Shown: positions 12,680 to 23,440, numbered from the stretch's first letter. The stretch is DNA of 64,000 nt from an uncultured delta proteobacterium (GCA_963850305.1 CAWKKR010000003.1:51133-115132), one strand, 5' to 3'. Notes: generated from the letters alone by a model not told the origin. Translations and numbers: made by a program.

Positions 12680-12982
12680 TTTAGCAAGTTTGGAACCGAT
12701 TTATCTTGCCTACATTGACCCTCTGAACGGGGGCGGCTCCCCTGAAGGCCCTCCGCTCGAACGGCAACGCGGGGGGTTCGCCAGGGCGTCAACGACAGCC
12801 GCGTGACGACGGCCATGCCCACGGCAACCGAGTCCGGGGACCACGCCACCCCGGGCGGCGCGCATCGCTAACGGGTGCTGGTCACCGATTCTGACCAGAT
12901 GGCTCCGAGCCTTCGGGCTCGACCCCCGCCGCCGCGCCGGCTCCGCCCAGGCTCGCGAGGAACCTTCGGCGCGAGCCTGCCG

Positions 12983-15725
12983 TCATCGGCTCCCCGTATG
13001 ACGGTTGCCCTTCGCGTCTTTCCAGAGAATGCGATTGAGTTTGCGCGAATCGACGGCGTCGGGCCGTGAGAAGTCCATGGCCATCGACGCCGCCGCCCCG
13101 GGCGCGGCGCTCGTGTTCGTCTGGTAAATGAGGCCATCGTCACGGTTGCGGTAGTCGGCCGAGAAGGGCGGCTGGTCCCCCGCGCCGGAGAAGAGCGGAG
13201 CCATCACGGGTGCATAGGCGTCGTTGGCGTTCATGGGAGGCAGGCCGAGGAGCGCCTCGATGGTGTGGACCAGGCTCACGGTCGTGTAGAAGTGGTGGTC
13301 GACGAACGGCATCGCCAGCCGCGGCGCATACTTGCTGACGACGAACGCGGTGCTGCGGTGCGCGTCCACGTGATCGGCGCCGTTCTGCGCGTCGTCCTCG
13401 AGCACGAGGATGGCCGTGTCGTCCCAGAACGCGCTGTGCGAGACGGCTTCCACGATCCGGCCGAGCGCGAGAATCGTTGTCCGCGACCGAAGCAGCAGGA
13501 CGCGCCATGCCGGGCCGCGTGCCTCCCGTGTGGTCGTCGGGGAGCCTCATCACCATCAGCTGGGGCATCGAGTCGCGGCCTCGCGCGCGATCACGCACGA
13601 ACCCCTCGAACTCCACGAGAAACTCGTCGGCGCGGAGCTGATCCGGATAGTCGAGCTGGAAGCCCGGGAAGTAAGGGTCGAAGCGGTCACGGAGCTCCGG
13701 CTTGGTCGCCACCGCGAGAACGGGCACCGGCAGTTGCCACGGCCAAGGGCTCTTGCCGCCGGGAGGCTGACCGACGCGCGCCGGCAGCGCTTCCCCGGGA
13801 TGGATCGTGGGATGCGTACAGCGCTCGGCGAGCAGCTGCGCGTAACGCGCGAGGTAAGAAGGAAGTTTCCGGTCGCACCAGATGGTGGAGATGAACTCGC
13901 CGTAGTCGCGGAACGTCACCCGCCGGCGCACGGCGTTCGCCCAGAGGTACCCCGTCGCCGGTTCGTCGACGTCGGGCAGTTGCTGGAGCATCGGAATGTC
14001 TCCGGCGGCCTCGCCTTCGTAATCGTACGTGTGCTCCTTGCCGCGATAGACGATCTGCCAGGTCTTCTCGGTGTAGTCGGTCGTGATCGCCGCGGTCGAC
14101 CACACGTGTCCGTCGCCGGAGACCTCCGCACTGTCGTAGAAGTCGTCGACGACTCCGAAGCGGAGCGCGAGGAGATGCTGGTTCGGCGTGATCTCGCGAC
14201 CGTACATGGTGAGCGAGGGGTCGCCGTCGCCGACGCCCAGATCGCCGAGGATCTGATCGTAGGTCCGATTCTCCTTGATGATGTAGATGACGTGGCGAAT
14301 GGGATTCGGCCGGGAGGAAAACAGGGGCGCGATCTTCGCGTCGAGGTGGTTGTTCTCGACGACTTCCGCCGTCAGCTCCGGAAGCCGCTTTTCGGTGGCC
14401 TCGAGATCCATGCGCGCGATGGAGCCGTGCAGGAGAGCGGCGATGTACGGGTGAGGCTGGCCACCGGCGTAGGCGTTCGGCGTGGTGCCGCGCCCTTTGC
14501 CCGACGCGACGAGAAGCTCGTTTCCATGAACGGCGAGCGCGGTCGGATACCACTCGGTGGGAATGAATCCGAGGGGCGCCGGTGCTTGCGGCGCAGCCCC
14601 CGAGGAGAGATCGAACACCGCAACCGCGTTCGCGGAGGAATCGGCGACCAGGAGCTGCTTGCCGTCGGGCGTGATCGCGAGCGCCGTCGGGAAGGAGCCC
14701 GCGTACTGCTGGTTCGGCAGAAGCGTGGACAGATAGCTCCGCACCGCATGTGTGTCCGTGTCGATGACCGCGACCTGATCGGCGTTGGCGAGCGCGACGA
14801 AGAGCGACTTCTCGTCGGGGCTCAGGACCATCGCCGTGGGGTGCGGACCCGCCGCCGTGCGGGACGCCGGCTTCGAGACGGAGATCCGCCGGCTCGTTCC
14901 ATCGCCGAGGTCGAGCTCCGCGATCTCGGACGCGTTCCAGAGGCTGACCCACGCGCGCCGGCCGTCGCGGCTCACGACGACCGTGTACGGAAACGAAGAC
15001 GGGATGCTGTCCGCCGTGCTGAGGTCGAAGCGACGCAGGACGGCGCCGCTCGTCGCATCCATCAGCACGGCGTCGTCGGAGAGATCGTCCGCCACGAGGA
15101 GCTTTTCGCCCGACTCGGTGACGAAATCGGCGATGCCCGCCGGATAGGGCACGGCGTAGCCAAGCGGCTCGCCCGCCGAGGCGCTCGACGCCTTCTTGCC
15201 AGCCGGCACCATGGCCGGGGGGATCGGCAGAAAGCGCTCGGGCCTGACCGTCCCGCGGGCGAACGTGTACACCGCAATCCCGTTTCCGGTGCTGCCCCGC
15301 TCCTTTCCGAGTGGGTCGGTGATCGACGCGATCGACGCGAACAGACGATCGCCCGTTCGATCGAACGTCAGCCCCAGAAAATACGTCTGCCGTGCCTGAA
15401 AGCCGAGCCTCGGATCGGCGAACTGAGTGATGCGATGCGTCCGGAGGTCCAGGACGACGATCCCCTGGTGCAGATCGTTCTCTGGCGTACCGTAACCGCA
15501 GTCGAGCAGCGCCGCATAGCGACCGCTGGGATCGAGCGCGAGGGTCGTCGGAAATCCTCCGGCGACGTGAGGCTCGCCGGGCACGGGGAGCAACAGGCTC
15601 TTGCTGCTCGGAAGCTGAATGGCGCTCCGCGGCGCCGCCTGCTGAGCCCGCGCCGCGCAGGCCCGGAGAACCAGGAGCAACACGAGGGCGCACCGAGCCG
15701 AGATCCGTGGCGCTTGCCTGAGCAC
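12983..15725 (-). CDS. Secreted YVTN/YncE beta-propeller plus alkaline-phosphatase-superfamily phosphoesterase; +1 frameshift at ~13472
   Basis: IPTEWYPT, HVIYIIKENRTYDQILGD, SGDGH, LPDDHTGG, ADND(LALGRIVEA), EDDAQNGADHVDAHRS. Removing one base in GAATC (13471-13475) fuses the two ORFs. Start uncertain. Confidence 0.88.
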
Positions 15726-15813
15726 CGGCCGAAACTCGCACGGCGTCCCGGCGAGCTGCAAGTCGAAGTCGCCGAGCTCGTCGATGGCGACCGATGGCAG
15801 CGCACGCTCGATG

Positions 15814-16698
15814 TCAGAATGTGACGGACGCGACTGCCCGCCCGAGCAGCGCCGGTGCGCCCCCGCCCAGGCCGAAGGCGGGACCGGCGGCGAGCGAGAC
15901 GCGATCGTTCGCCCACGCCAGCGACAAGCTCGCGAAGTCGCGGGCGCCACCTTCGGCGTCGTGCGACCAGGCGTCTTCGATTTCTTGAACCACGTACTCT
16001 GCGCCAATGCGCAGGCGATCCACGACGCGCACCGACGTGCCGGCGTCCACGTAGAGGTCGATGGCATCTCGGCCCGGCGCAAACGCGTGCTCCGCGTGAA
16101 CCAGGCCAGCGAAGCGCAGCCGGTCCACGTCATACGTGGCAGTGACGGCGCCGTAAGCAACGCTCGTCTCGGCGAAGTCGCGGAGATAGGCGCCATCCAG
16201 GGCCACGCGGAAGTGCTCCGAGTCCGGGTCCGTCACGAGAAAGCGCGCGCCGGCCTCGAACGCGCCACGAACTCTGGACTCGTTCTCGAGCGGCGGCGCG
16301 AGATATGCCGTCGCAAAGGGCGCGAAGCGGTCCAGAATTCCGAGCTCGAAGTGAAGCTCATTCACCAGTCCACTGCGACCGACGTTCGCGGCCAGCGGTC
16401 GGACCGCGGCGCCGATCGAAGTGTAGCTCGGCGAATAGGAGACCAACGGCTCGAGTGGCGCGGGCAGACGAGGATCGACCAGATAGAGCAAGGGGCGATC
16501 GAGCGTCTCGCTGCGGCGATCCCGGTCGGTCTTGCGATCCGCGACGGATCGAGGCTCGTCTGCAGTCGTCGACCCGTACGAGGGGTCCGTCGGCGCGGGC
16601 GCCGGTTCCACCGTCGCGTCGAAGTCTTCAGCCGCAAGGGCAGCGCCGGGGAGGATCGTCGCAACGAGTGCGGTCGTGCAGAGCCATGCGATATGCAT
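15814..16698 (-). CDS. Secreted hypothetical protein, probable outer-membrane beta-barrel
   Basis: Signal peptide (AALA-AE), alternating amphipathic strands, C-terminal Phe (ASVTF). Confidence 0.6.
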   Translation of the reverse strand: MHIAWLCTTALVATILPGAALAAEDFDATVEPAPAPTDPSYGSTTADEPRSVADRKTDRDRRSETLDRPLLYLVDPRLPAPLEPLVSYSPSYTSIGAAVRPLAANVGRSGLVNELHFELGILDRFAPFATAYLAPPLENESRVRGAFEAGARFLVTDPDSEHFRVALDGAYLRDFAETSVAYGAVTATYDVDRLRFAGLVHAEHAFAPGRDAIDLYVDAGTSVRVVDRLRIGAEYVVQEIEDAWSHDAEGGARDFASLSLAWANDRVSLAAGPAFGLGGGAPALLGRAVASVTF

Positions 16699-16782
16699 GG
16701 CCGTGCCGATGCCATGGCGCGTGTCAGAAGGCCAGGTCCGTAATACGTCCGCCGGGGCCCCGGCGCGCGACCGAATGCGCCG

Positions 16783-17412
16783 TCACTTCCGCGCTTCAGC
16801 CGCGAGCACCCAGCCGTGCGCGATCGCGCGCACCCGCGCTCTCCGGAGACCGACGCCGATCAGCAATTCAAGTAGCCTGTGCTGGTCGAGCTTCGTCGGA
16901 TGCAGGTTGCGCCGGCTGAACCCCTGGGTCCGGGCGACGGCCTCGAGCACCGTGTCCTCGATCACCCGGAGCGACGCGGAGCCGTAGTTCGGCGTCGTCA
17001 AGAACATGAGCCCACCCGGCCGGAGCACACGCAGCGCCTCCCGGAGCCACGGCTCGGGAGCCCGCACGTGCTCGATGACGTCCATGGATGCGACCATGTC
17101 GAAGGTCGAGTCCTCGTACGGGAGGGGCGCGTTCATCCGGACCACGTCGGCGCGCTCGACGGCCCCTCCGTGGAGCTCTCGCGCTAGCTCGACCGCTCGC
17201 GCATCGACGTCGCAGAGGGTGAAACGCTTTTCATTGCACGTGAGCTCCGGGAGCTCGAGAAATGGCCCCGACCCGATGTTGAGCACCCGCGTCCCCTCGC
17301 TCGAATGGAGCGCGTGGTCGAGTTCGCGCACTATGGGCGCATGATAGAGGCTCCACGGGAACCGGAGCTTGTGCCGGTGATTGGAGAAGTAGTCGACCGC
17401 TTCGGCGCTCAT
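16783..17412 (-). CDS. Class I SAM-dependent methyltransferase
   Basis: VLNIGSG, LPYEDSTFD, DVIEHV, RVLRPGG, TTPN. ATGA overlap with the upstream gene. Confidence 0.9.
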   Translation of the reverse strand: MSAEAVDYFSNHRHKLRFPWSLYHAPIVRELDHALHSSEGTRVLNIGSGPFLELPELTCNEKRFTLCDVDARAVELARELHGGAVERADVVRMNAPLPYEDSTFDMVASMDVIEHVRAPEPWLREALRVLRPGGLMFLTTPNYGSASLRVIEDTVLEAVARTQGFSRRNLHPTKLDQHRLLELLIGVGLRRARVRAIAHGWVLAAEARK

Positions 17413-18350
17413 CGGTCGGGGCGCCTCGCGACGATCAGAAACTCCGCGGTCGGCGCGCCGTCGGCGCGCGCCATCACGCTTCCCACGAGCTCGTAGACGG
17501 GGCGCGCGAAGATCCGGCGCAAGGCGGGAAAGTTCGTCCAGCGCGTCGTCAGGTGCTTGTTCACCCACCCGGCGAGCGACGGCAGGAGAAACGCTTCGAA
17601 AGCCACCGTCGTCGCGGTCGAAAGCACGGGTTCGACGCGGAGGACCTCGAGCTCCGACTCTTCCACGACGCCCCGCCAGCCCATTTCGTCGTAAAGATGA
17701 TGATGCTTGAAGAAGCGATCGATGGTCCGCTGCAGACCGTGTCCGGCGGCGGCCGCGCCGACGCGCTTCAGTGCACGCACGGTCGCGAAGTGGCTCGCCC
17801 ACTCGGCGTTCGGAACGAATAGATAAGCCGTCCCTCCCGGACGCAGCGACCTCCAGATGGTGCGCAACGCGAGATCGATCCGGGGAACGTGCTCGAGCGA
17901 ACAGTTCGCGACGCAGGTGGCGAAGAACCCTTCCGGAAGCCCTGCTCGTGTCACGTCGCCCAGGATCACCTGCCGGTAAGCCTGGCTCGTCGCGGCCCAG
18001 CGTCCCTCCGCACCGTCGACGTCGATCCCCCACACCTCCACGTCCCCGAACGCGATCGCCGCGAAGAGCCCGTCGCCACAACCGACGTCGAGCACTGGCC
18101 CCGGGCAAGGATGACGCCTCACCACGGAAAGACGCGCGCATTCTTTGATCGCGAGCGCGGTCGGAGTGTGGGGGAAGTACCGCCGAAAGTCGTCGAAAGC
18201 GATCTCCGGGCCGATCTGGGTTGGGGCGCGCGCGCCGTCGCGCACGGCGCGCAACCGAGCGCGGCTCGCCGTCATGGTGCGGCGCACGCTGGAGGGGTTC
18301 GCGCCGCTCTCTTCGGTGACGGCCACGGCCGGTGTCCATCGCTGGGTCAC
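17409..18350 (-). CDS. Class I SAM-dependent methyltransferase
   Basis: VLDVGCGDG, NCSLEHVP, LRPGG. GTG start overlaps the upstream stop. Confidence 0.88.
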   Translation of the reverse strand: MTQRWTPAVAVTEESGANPSSVRRTMTASRARLRAVRDGARAPTQIGPEIAFDDFRRYFPHTPTALAIKECARLSVVRRHPCPGPVLDVGCGDGLFAAIAFGDVEVWGIDVDGAEGRWAATSQAYRQVILGDVTRAGLPEGFFATCVANCSLEHVPRIDLALRTIWRSLRPGGTAYLFVPNAEWASHFATVRALKRVGAAAAGHGLQRTIDRFFKHHHLYDEMGWRGVVEESELEVLRVEPVLSTATTVAFEAFLLPSLAGWVNKHLTTRWTNFPALRRIFARPVYELVGSVMARADGAPTAEFLIVARRPDR

Positions 18351-19852
18351 TGCGTTCTCTCCTCGGTAACTGCCGGGCGCGGGGACCGATACGCCCACCA
18401 ATCGCCCTCGTGAAAGATCGGCTCCATCGCGTGCGCGCGGAACAAGGCCAGGGTGCGCTCGGCCGCGGCGTGAATGAGAAAGACGTCGTATCGATCGAGC
18501 TCGGCGGCCGAGAGCCACTCCGGATGCCATTCCGCACCGCCTGGCATTCCGGGAACGAACGCCCCGACGTATCGAATGACGCTCGTCGGGTACATCGCGA
18601 ACGAGTAGCCTTGAAGGCCGCCTTTCTCCGCCATGTAATAGGCGGACAGATGCAGGAGCGCGGGCAACCCGGGGAATGCCGAACTCTCTCGTCCGAACAC
18701 GACGGGCCGCACGCTCAGGCCTTCCGGCATCTGCGCGACGAAATCACGGACGGGGCGCGTCTCCTTCGTGAACGCGGCCAGGCGCACCGCGAGCAACGAG
18801 AACCAGGTCCCTACGAACACCGGCACGACGCGCGACACCCATGAGGCGCGCAAGCGCTCACGCGGCTCGAACGCGACCAGCAGTGCCGGCACGAAGAACG
18901 CGGCAAATCGTGGATGGAGCGGCCCGAACCCGCTCAGCATGATCGGAAACAGGCAGAACGCGGCCAGGAGGAGCGCAAGCGGTGCCCAGCGCTCCGGATG
19001 TCGCGCTGGTCGACCGAGCGCCACTGCGACCAGAGCGAGCGTTGCGTAGCCAAAGAGGAGCGCCACATGGTCCGCGGCCGACGCTGCGAACCAGAGCGCC
19101 GGAGAAGAGAAGAGCTCGAGCCCCCGCGGCGCCCACACGGTGGCGCCGATGGTGCGAATCGAGCCCCCTGGCGCAACCCAGACGGCCCACAGCACCGCCG
19201 GCGCAGAGAGCGGCAGAAGGCGGGCGAAGAGACGCCCGCCGCCGCGAAGTAACGAGGGACCGACCATCATCACCGCGACGCCGAGAGCGAACCCGTGCAT
19301 CACCAGCGTCGCCGAGAGCAAGACCGCGAGCACGAGCCCATGGGCCAGTGTCGGCGCTTCGCGGTGCGCAAGCGCGGCCGACATCGAGAAAAGCACGAAG
19401 GGCATCGCCGCGATGAAGCTCACGAGCCCGAAGTAGAATGGATACCCAAGCCCGAGCGGCAAACCGAGCAGCCCGAGCCAGGGCGGGTACCCCAGACGCC
19501 GCACGAGCCGCGAAAACGCGAACCAGTAAAGGACCGCCGAGCCCCAGACCACTCCCTTCAGTGCCGCCACGACGCCCACCCATCCGGCGAGGACGCGAGC
19601 CGCCGCGTACGCTCCGAGATAGGGCGTTCCGAGATTGAGCCTGAAATAGCGGGTCATCGGGAAGCGCGGATCGTGCAGATGCAGCCACACGCTGATCTGC
19701 GCCGCGTGCTGCGGCAGATCGACCATCGGCAGATACGGCGTCACGGCGAACGCCACGAGCAAGGCGGCCGAGAACCCCATTGCCGTCACTGCGTCGCGTG
19801 AGACGCCGAATGCCCAATCGCGGGGCTCCGAGCGAACACTCTCCACGAACAT
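18347..19852 (-). CDS. Polytopic membrane protein, possible GT-C-fold transferase
   Basis: YLPMVDLPQHAAQ, GTPY, about 10 TM segments, soluble C-terminal region. Confidence 0.65.
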   Translation of the reverse strand: MFVESVRSEPRDWAFGVSRDAVTAMGFSAALLVAFAVTPYLPMVDLPQHAAQISVWLHLHDPRFPMTRYFRLNLGTPYLGAYAAARVLAGWVGVVAALKGVVWGSAVLYWFAFSRLVRRLGYPPWLGLLGLPLGLGYPFYFGLVSFIAAMPFVLFSMSAALAHREAPTLAHGLVLAVLLSATLVMHGFALGVAVMMVGPSLLRGGGRLFARLLPLSAPAVLWAVWVAPGGSIRTIGATVWAPRGLELFSSPALWFAASAADHVALLFGYATLALVAVALGRPARHPERWAPLALLLAAFCLFPIMLSGFGPLHPRFAAFFVPALLVAFEPRERLRASWVSRVVPVFVGTWFSLLAVRLAAFTKETRPVRDFVAQMPEGLSVRPVVFGRESSAFPGLPALLHLSAYYMAEKGGLQGYSFAMYPTSVIRYVGAFVPGMPGGAEWHPEWLSAAELDRYDVFLIHAAAERTLALFRAHAMEPIFHEGDWWAYRSPRPAVTEERTQ

Positions 19853-19859
19853 GAACCGG

Positions 19860-19928
19860 CCGACTTTCGCCGGCCGCGTCGCGTCGATGTGCGACGAGTG
19901 CGCGAACTCGCCGTTACGACGGCGTTAC
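19860..19928 (-). promoter_or_regulatory. Conserved 5' leader/promoter, copy A, with 11-bp-periodic half-sites
   Basis: 52/60 identical to 23381-23440 in inverted orientation. Minus-strand half-sites GTAAC, GTAAC, TTCGC, GTCGC at 19924, 19913, 19902, 19891. Confidence 0.6.
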
Positions 19929-20066
19929 GGTTTCACACCGACGCTGCGCTGCGGAGCCCGGCGCGGTGGCTACCTGAGCCGTCTCGCTCTGGGTGAATTC
20001 GCCAGGAAGCCACACGGGCGACATCGGCAAGAGCGCTTCGCCCCCGAATCGTGAGAGGCTAGTGCC

Positions 20067-20486
20067 GTGCGATTTCAGTCGGCGGCCGAGCGCCTGCACC
20101 GCTTTGCGCGGGCTCTCATCGTCGGGAGCGGCGCCACCGTGGTCGACTTCTCCATCTTCACGACGTGCATCCGGGTGATTGGCGTCGCCCCCACGTCGGC
20201 GCGACTTCCGGCCCTGATGGCGGGAGCGTCGGTACAGTTCTTTGGCAACCGGACGTTCACGTTTCGCGCCCAGGCCGGCAGTCTCACTCGCCAGGCCAGG
20301 CTGTTTCTCGGCGCGGAACTGGTCACGCTCATCCTGAACTGGTCGACGTTCCGTCTGCTCGCTCCGCGGATGTCGACCCTGCCCCCCGAGATTGTCGGCT
20401 TCATGGGCTCGTTTCTCGTGTTCGTGTCCTTCGCTTACCCCGTGCGTCGGCTCGTCATTTTCCGGCTTCCGGAGCAGCAGCGCTGA
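20067..20486 (+). CDS. GtrA family (lipid-linked sugar flippase)
   Basis: RALIVGSGATVVDF...FFGNRTFTFR, about 4 TM segments, ends with RRLVIFR. Confidence 0.85.
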   Translation: MRFQSAAERLHRFARALIVGSGATVVDFSIFTTCIRVIGVAPTSARLPALMAGASVQFFGNRTFTFRAQAGSLTRQARLFLGAELVTLILNWSTFRLLAPRMSTLPPEIVGFMGSFLVFVSFAYPVRRLVIFRLPEQQR

Positions 20487-20660
20487 GCGCGTCCCACGCC
20501 TGCACACGCCGAAGCCGCGTGGCCGGGCCTCTCGCTTTCACAAATGTGACGTAACCGAGCCCCGGGCGCGAAGCGGCGTTCGCGTGACAAACATTTGTCT
20601 TTCACGTGACAACTTGATTCGGATCGCGAACAATCGTGGTTCCCGGAGGACGCGACGACC

Positions 20661-21443
20661 GTGAGCGATTCAAGGAAGGTTTGGACTTGGTGGACCTGCC
20701 TGCGGGTTGTCGCGGTGTTCAACGTGCTGCTTTGGGCGGCTACCTGCCTACCCTTCGTCGGCGCCGGCGGCGACGGTGGGTGGCAGGTCGCGTTGTCCGG
20801 CATCTTCGTCGCAGTGTGCGCCTTCCGATCCTGGCTGCCCCGCGTCGATCTCGAACGCTACTGCCTCGTCGACAGCCCGCTATCGAGCATGTTCGTCGGC
20901 CGCAGCGCCGCGACGATTGCGGAAGTCTGCTTTGCGATGCAGATCGCGTTGTGCCTGCGTCAGGTTGGCATCGCCGCCCAGCTTCCGTGGATCGTCACTG
21001 CCTCACACTTCGTCGTGCCACCACTGGTGCTGGCGCAATGCTTCTGCTGGTACAGCGTGCTCACCCTCAAGCACGTCGGCCATGCGATCGAGGAGTCGCT
21101 GTGGACCGCTACCATGGCGCTCGTCGGCATCTGTCTGCTCGCCGCTCTCGGCCACCTCGACGGCGCCGTGTTCTGGTGCGCATCCGGTGGCGCGGCGCTT
21201 GCGGTCGGCTTCGTCGCCTTCATGACGCTGGTCGACGTCCCGATGTACGTCGGTCGCTGGCGCCAAGCCCGCCGCGAACGGCGCGCGTTCCTCAGCGTGC
21301 GCGCGGGGGTACGAGATGCAATGAGCCGTCGGATCGCGACCAGACAGTGGTCGGTCTGGCGACCCGAGGTCGCGTGGCTCACCGGTTATTTCAGCGTCGC
21401 AGTCTGGCTCAGCGTCTCCCTCGTGCACTTCTCGTTGCGCTGA
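20661..21443 (+). CDS. Uncharacterised ~7-TM membrane protein
   Basis: GGAGG RBS. Motifs CAFRSWLPRVDLER, GRSAATIAE, HAIEESLW, VDVPMY, W...YFS. Confidence 0.75.
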   Translation: MSDSRKVWTWWTCLRVVAVFNVLLWAATCLPFVGAGGDGGWQVALSGIFVAVCAFRSWLPRVDLERYCLVDSPLSSMFVGRSAATIAEVCFAMQIALCLRQVGIAAQLPWIVTASHFVVPPLVLAQCFCWYSVLTLKHVGHAIEESLWTATMALVGICLLAALGHLDGAVFWCASGGAALAVGFVAFMTLVDVPMYVGRWRQARRERRAFLSVRAGVRDAMSRRIATRQWSVWRPEVAWLTGYFSVAVWLSVSLVHFSLR

Positions 21444-21576
21444 GCCGCTCTCCCCCCGCGAGGACGGGCTCAGGCTCGGAACCGTCACCTCGCGACTTTC
21501 GTGGGCTCCCGACCTCCCGGATACAGCGTCGCGCGGATCGACCGCTCGTTCCAGCGCGTGGTTCCCCCCGCGCTTT

Positions 21577-21939
21577 TCATCGTGCGTGCTCGCGGACCTT
21601 GCTACGGAGTTCGGCCAGATCGCCCTTGCAGACGTAGCCGGCCACGCTGAGGCGCTTCGCGGTCTCGCGAAGCGAATCCGCGTCATTCGACGAATAGAAG
21701 AGCACCGGGATGCTCGACACCCGGTCGTTCCGCGCGAGGACCTCCGCCAGCCCCTCGCCCGACAGGGCCGGCATGTTCACGTCGAGCAGGATGAGGTTCG
21801 GTTGAAGCTCGCGCACGAGCTTGGAGACGCCAAAAGGCGAGGTCGTGACCGAGACGGAATACCCCTCGCGCTCGAGGAATGCCTTCGTCGTTAGCAACAG
21901 ACGTTCGTCGTCGTCCACGATCAGTATTTGCTTGTTCAT
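21577..21939 (-). CDS. Single-domain response regulator
   Basis: ILIVDDD, LILLDVNMP, YSS, CKG. Confidence 0.92.
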   Translation of the reverse strand: MNKQILIVDDDERLLLTTKAFLEREGYSVSVTTSPFGVSKLVRELQPNLILLDVNMPALSGEGLAEVLARNDRVSSIPVLFYSSNDADSLRETAKRLSVAGYVCKGDLAELRSKVREHAR

Positions 21940-23150
21940 TTTCTCATCTGAGGAATGTCGACCGCGAAAGTGCTGCCGACGCCGGGCGTACTTTCCACTC
22001 GTATCCGTCCATCGATGAGTCGCAGCAACTGCGACGCGATCGACAGACCCAGACCGGTCCCCTCGTGCTTCCTCGTATGGACGTCGTCTGCCTGGACGAA
22101 CGCTTCGAAGACGTCGGCAAGTTTGTGCTTCGGAATGCCGATTCCGGTATCGCGAACGGTGACCGTGACTCCATCGGTCGTCGTCGCAATCTCGAAGCGG
22201 ACCTGGCCCTCGTTGGTGAACTTGGCGGCGTTGCCTGCCAGATTCGTCAAGATCTGTTTCACCTTGACGGAATCCGAGACCAGCTCCACCGGCCCCTCGT
22301 GCGCGACGACTTCGACCCTGACCGGCTTTGGTCCGATGAGGACGCGTGTCATCGCCGCGACGTCGCGCAGCATCGCGGCCACGTCGAAGCTCTCGGCGAC
22401 CACGTCCATGTGCCCGGCTTCGAGCTTCGATAAATCCAGGATGTTCGTGACGAGGCTCCGGAGCGACGTCGCGCTCGACGCGAGCAGATTCAACATCTCC
22501 TCCATCGTCCGAACGTCACCCTCGCGGCTCGAGTGCTTGAGTAGGTCCACCATGCCGATGATGGCGTTCACGGGCGCACGGAGTTCGTGCGTGACGTGCG
22601 CCACGAACCTCGACTTCAGCTCATTGACCCGTTCGAGCTCTCGCGTCCGTCGGTCGGAAACGCGTTGTTCGACCGTCGCGTTCGAAAGAGCGCTTGTCTG
22701 CTGCAAGATGAGTTCCTTCACCGACACGAGCCCGATGAAGTTCAAGTCGTCGTCGGTCACGACAATCGAGTCGTACAGATCCGACTCGCCTCGTTCGAGG
22801 ACGCGGCCGAGCGCCTCGGAGAGGTCGGCGCGCGCCGACATGACGAGAGGACTCGGGTCGAGGACCTTCGTGACGGGTGCGCGTGCGTAGAGGGCGTAGC
22901 CGTACTGGTGAGAGAGCTTGAGAAACAGCTTCGAGCGATCGAGCAACCCGAGGGCCGTCCCATGTTCGTCCACGACACCCACCGCTTCCAGTCGCGGTTC
23001 GTTTCGGAACCGCGCCGCCAGGTCCACGACGCGCACGTGCCCCTGCACGGCCTCGTGCGACGTCACCAGTTCTGCAAGACAGGGCTCGCTGGACTCCGGT
23101 GCGGGTACTCGGTCTTCGGCGGTCTCCTCCGGAAGCTCGATCGGAATCAT
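21936..23150 (-). CDS. Cytoplasmic histidine kinase with an N-terminal CBS pair
   Basis: CBS-like VGVVDE...GLLDR...YGYALY...IGLVSVKELI. THELRAP, NAAKFT, DTGIGI, GTGLGL. Confidence 0.88.
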   Translation of the reverse strand: MIPIELPEETAEDRVPAPESSEPCLAELVTSHEAVQGHVRVVDLAARFRNEPRLEAVGVVDEHGTALGLLDRSKLFLKLSHQYGYALYARAPVTKVLDPSPLVMSARADLSEALGRVLERGESDLYDSIVVTDDDLNFIGLVSVKELILQQTSALSNATVEQRVSDRRTRELERVNELKSRFVAHVTHELRAPVNAIIGMVDLLKHSSREGDVRTMEEMLNLLASSATSLRSLVTNILDLSKLEAGHMDVVAESFDVAAMLRDVAAMTRVLIGPKPVRVEVVAHEGPVELVSDSVKVKQILTNLAGNAAKFTNEGQVRFEIATTTDGVTVTVRDTGIGIPKHKLADVFEAFVQADDVHTRKHEGTGLGLSIASQLLRLIDGRIRVESTPGVGSTFAVDIPQMRK

Positions 23151-23380
23151 GAACGAATGTGCTGAGAGTTCGACGAACGCTCGACCGTCCTTCAGCGTCT
23201 CTCAGGACGGAGCGACGGTTCGTGACGTTTCTGCAAACGTCGCCGCTTCGCGTGCGTTCCCGTTCCCGCATGCGCGGCCGCAGCGACGCCTACACACGCG
23301 CACGGCAACCCACCGTTTCGAACCGTCTGAAGCCGCGCTCGCTTCAGCGGTGCGCCCTTGAAACATCGCCCGCGCTGCTT

Positions 23381-23440
23381 TCGTAACGGCGAGTTCGCGC
23401 ATTCGTCGCATTTCGGAGCGCCGCGGACGGCGAAAGTCAG
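23381..23440 (+). promoter_or_regulatory. Conserved 5' leader/promoter, copy B
   Basis: Paralog of 19860-19919. GTAAC, TTCGC, GTCGC at 23383, 23394, 23405 (11-bp period). Confidence 0.6.

Noticed and set aside
12688..12860. LacI-type operator (TGGAACCGATTTAT) or riboswitch
   Set aside because: Only a partial operator match, no LacI gene nearby, and no recognisable riboswitch core.
13410..15824. Long antisense or alternative-frame ORFs (also 27171-28409, 42625-45420, 45580-48075)
   Set aside because: They shadow well-supported genes, which is expected at high GC, and carry no motifs.
15726..16196. N-terminal extension of the 1018-aa ORF
   Set aside because: It overlaps the 15814-16698 gene; the signal-like region starts near 15725.
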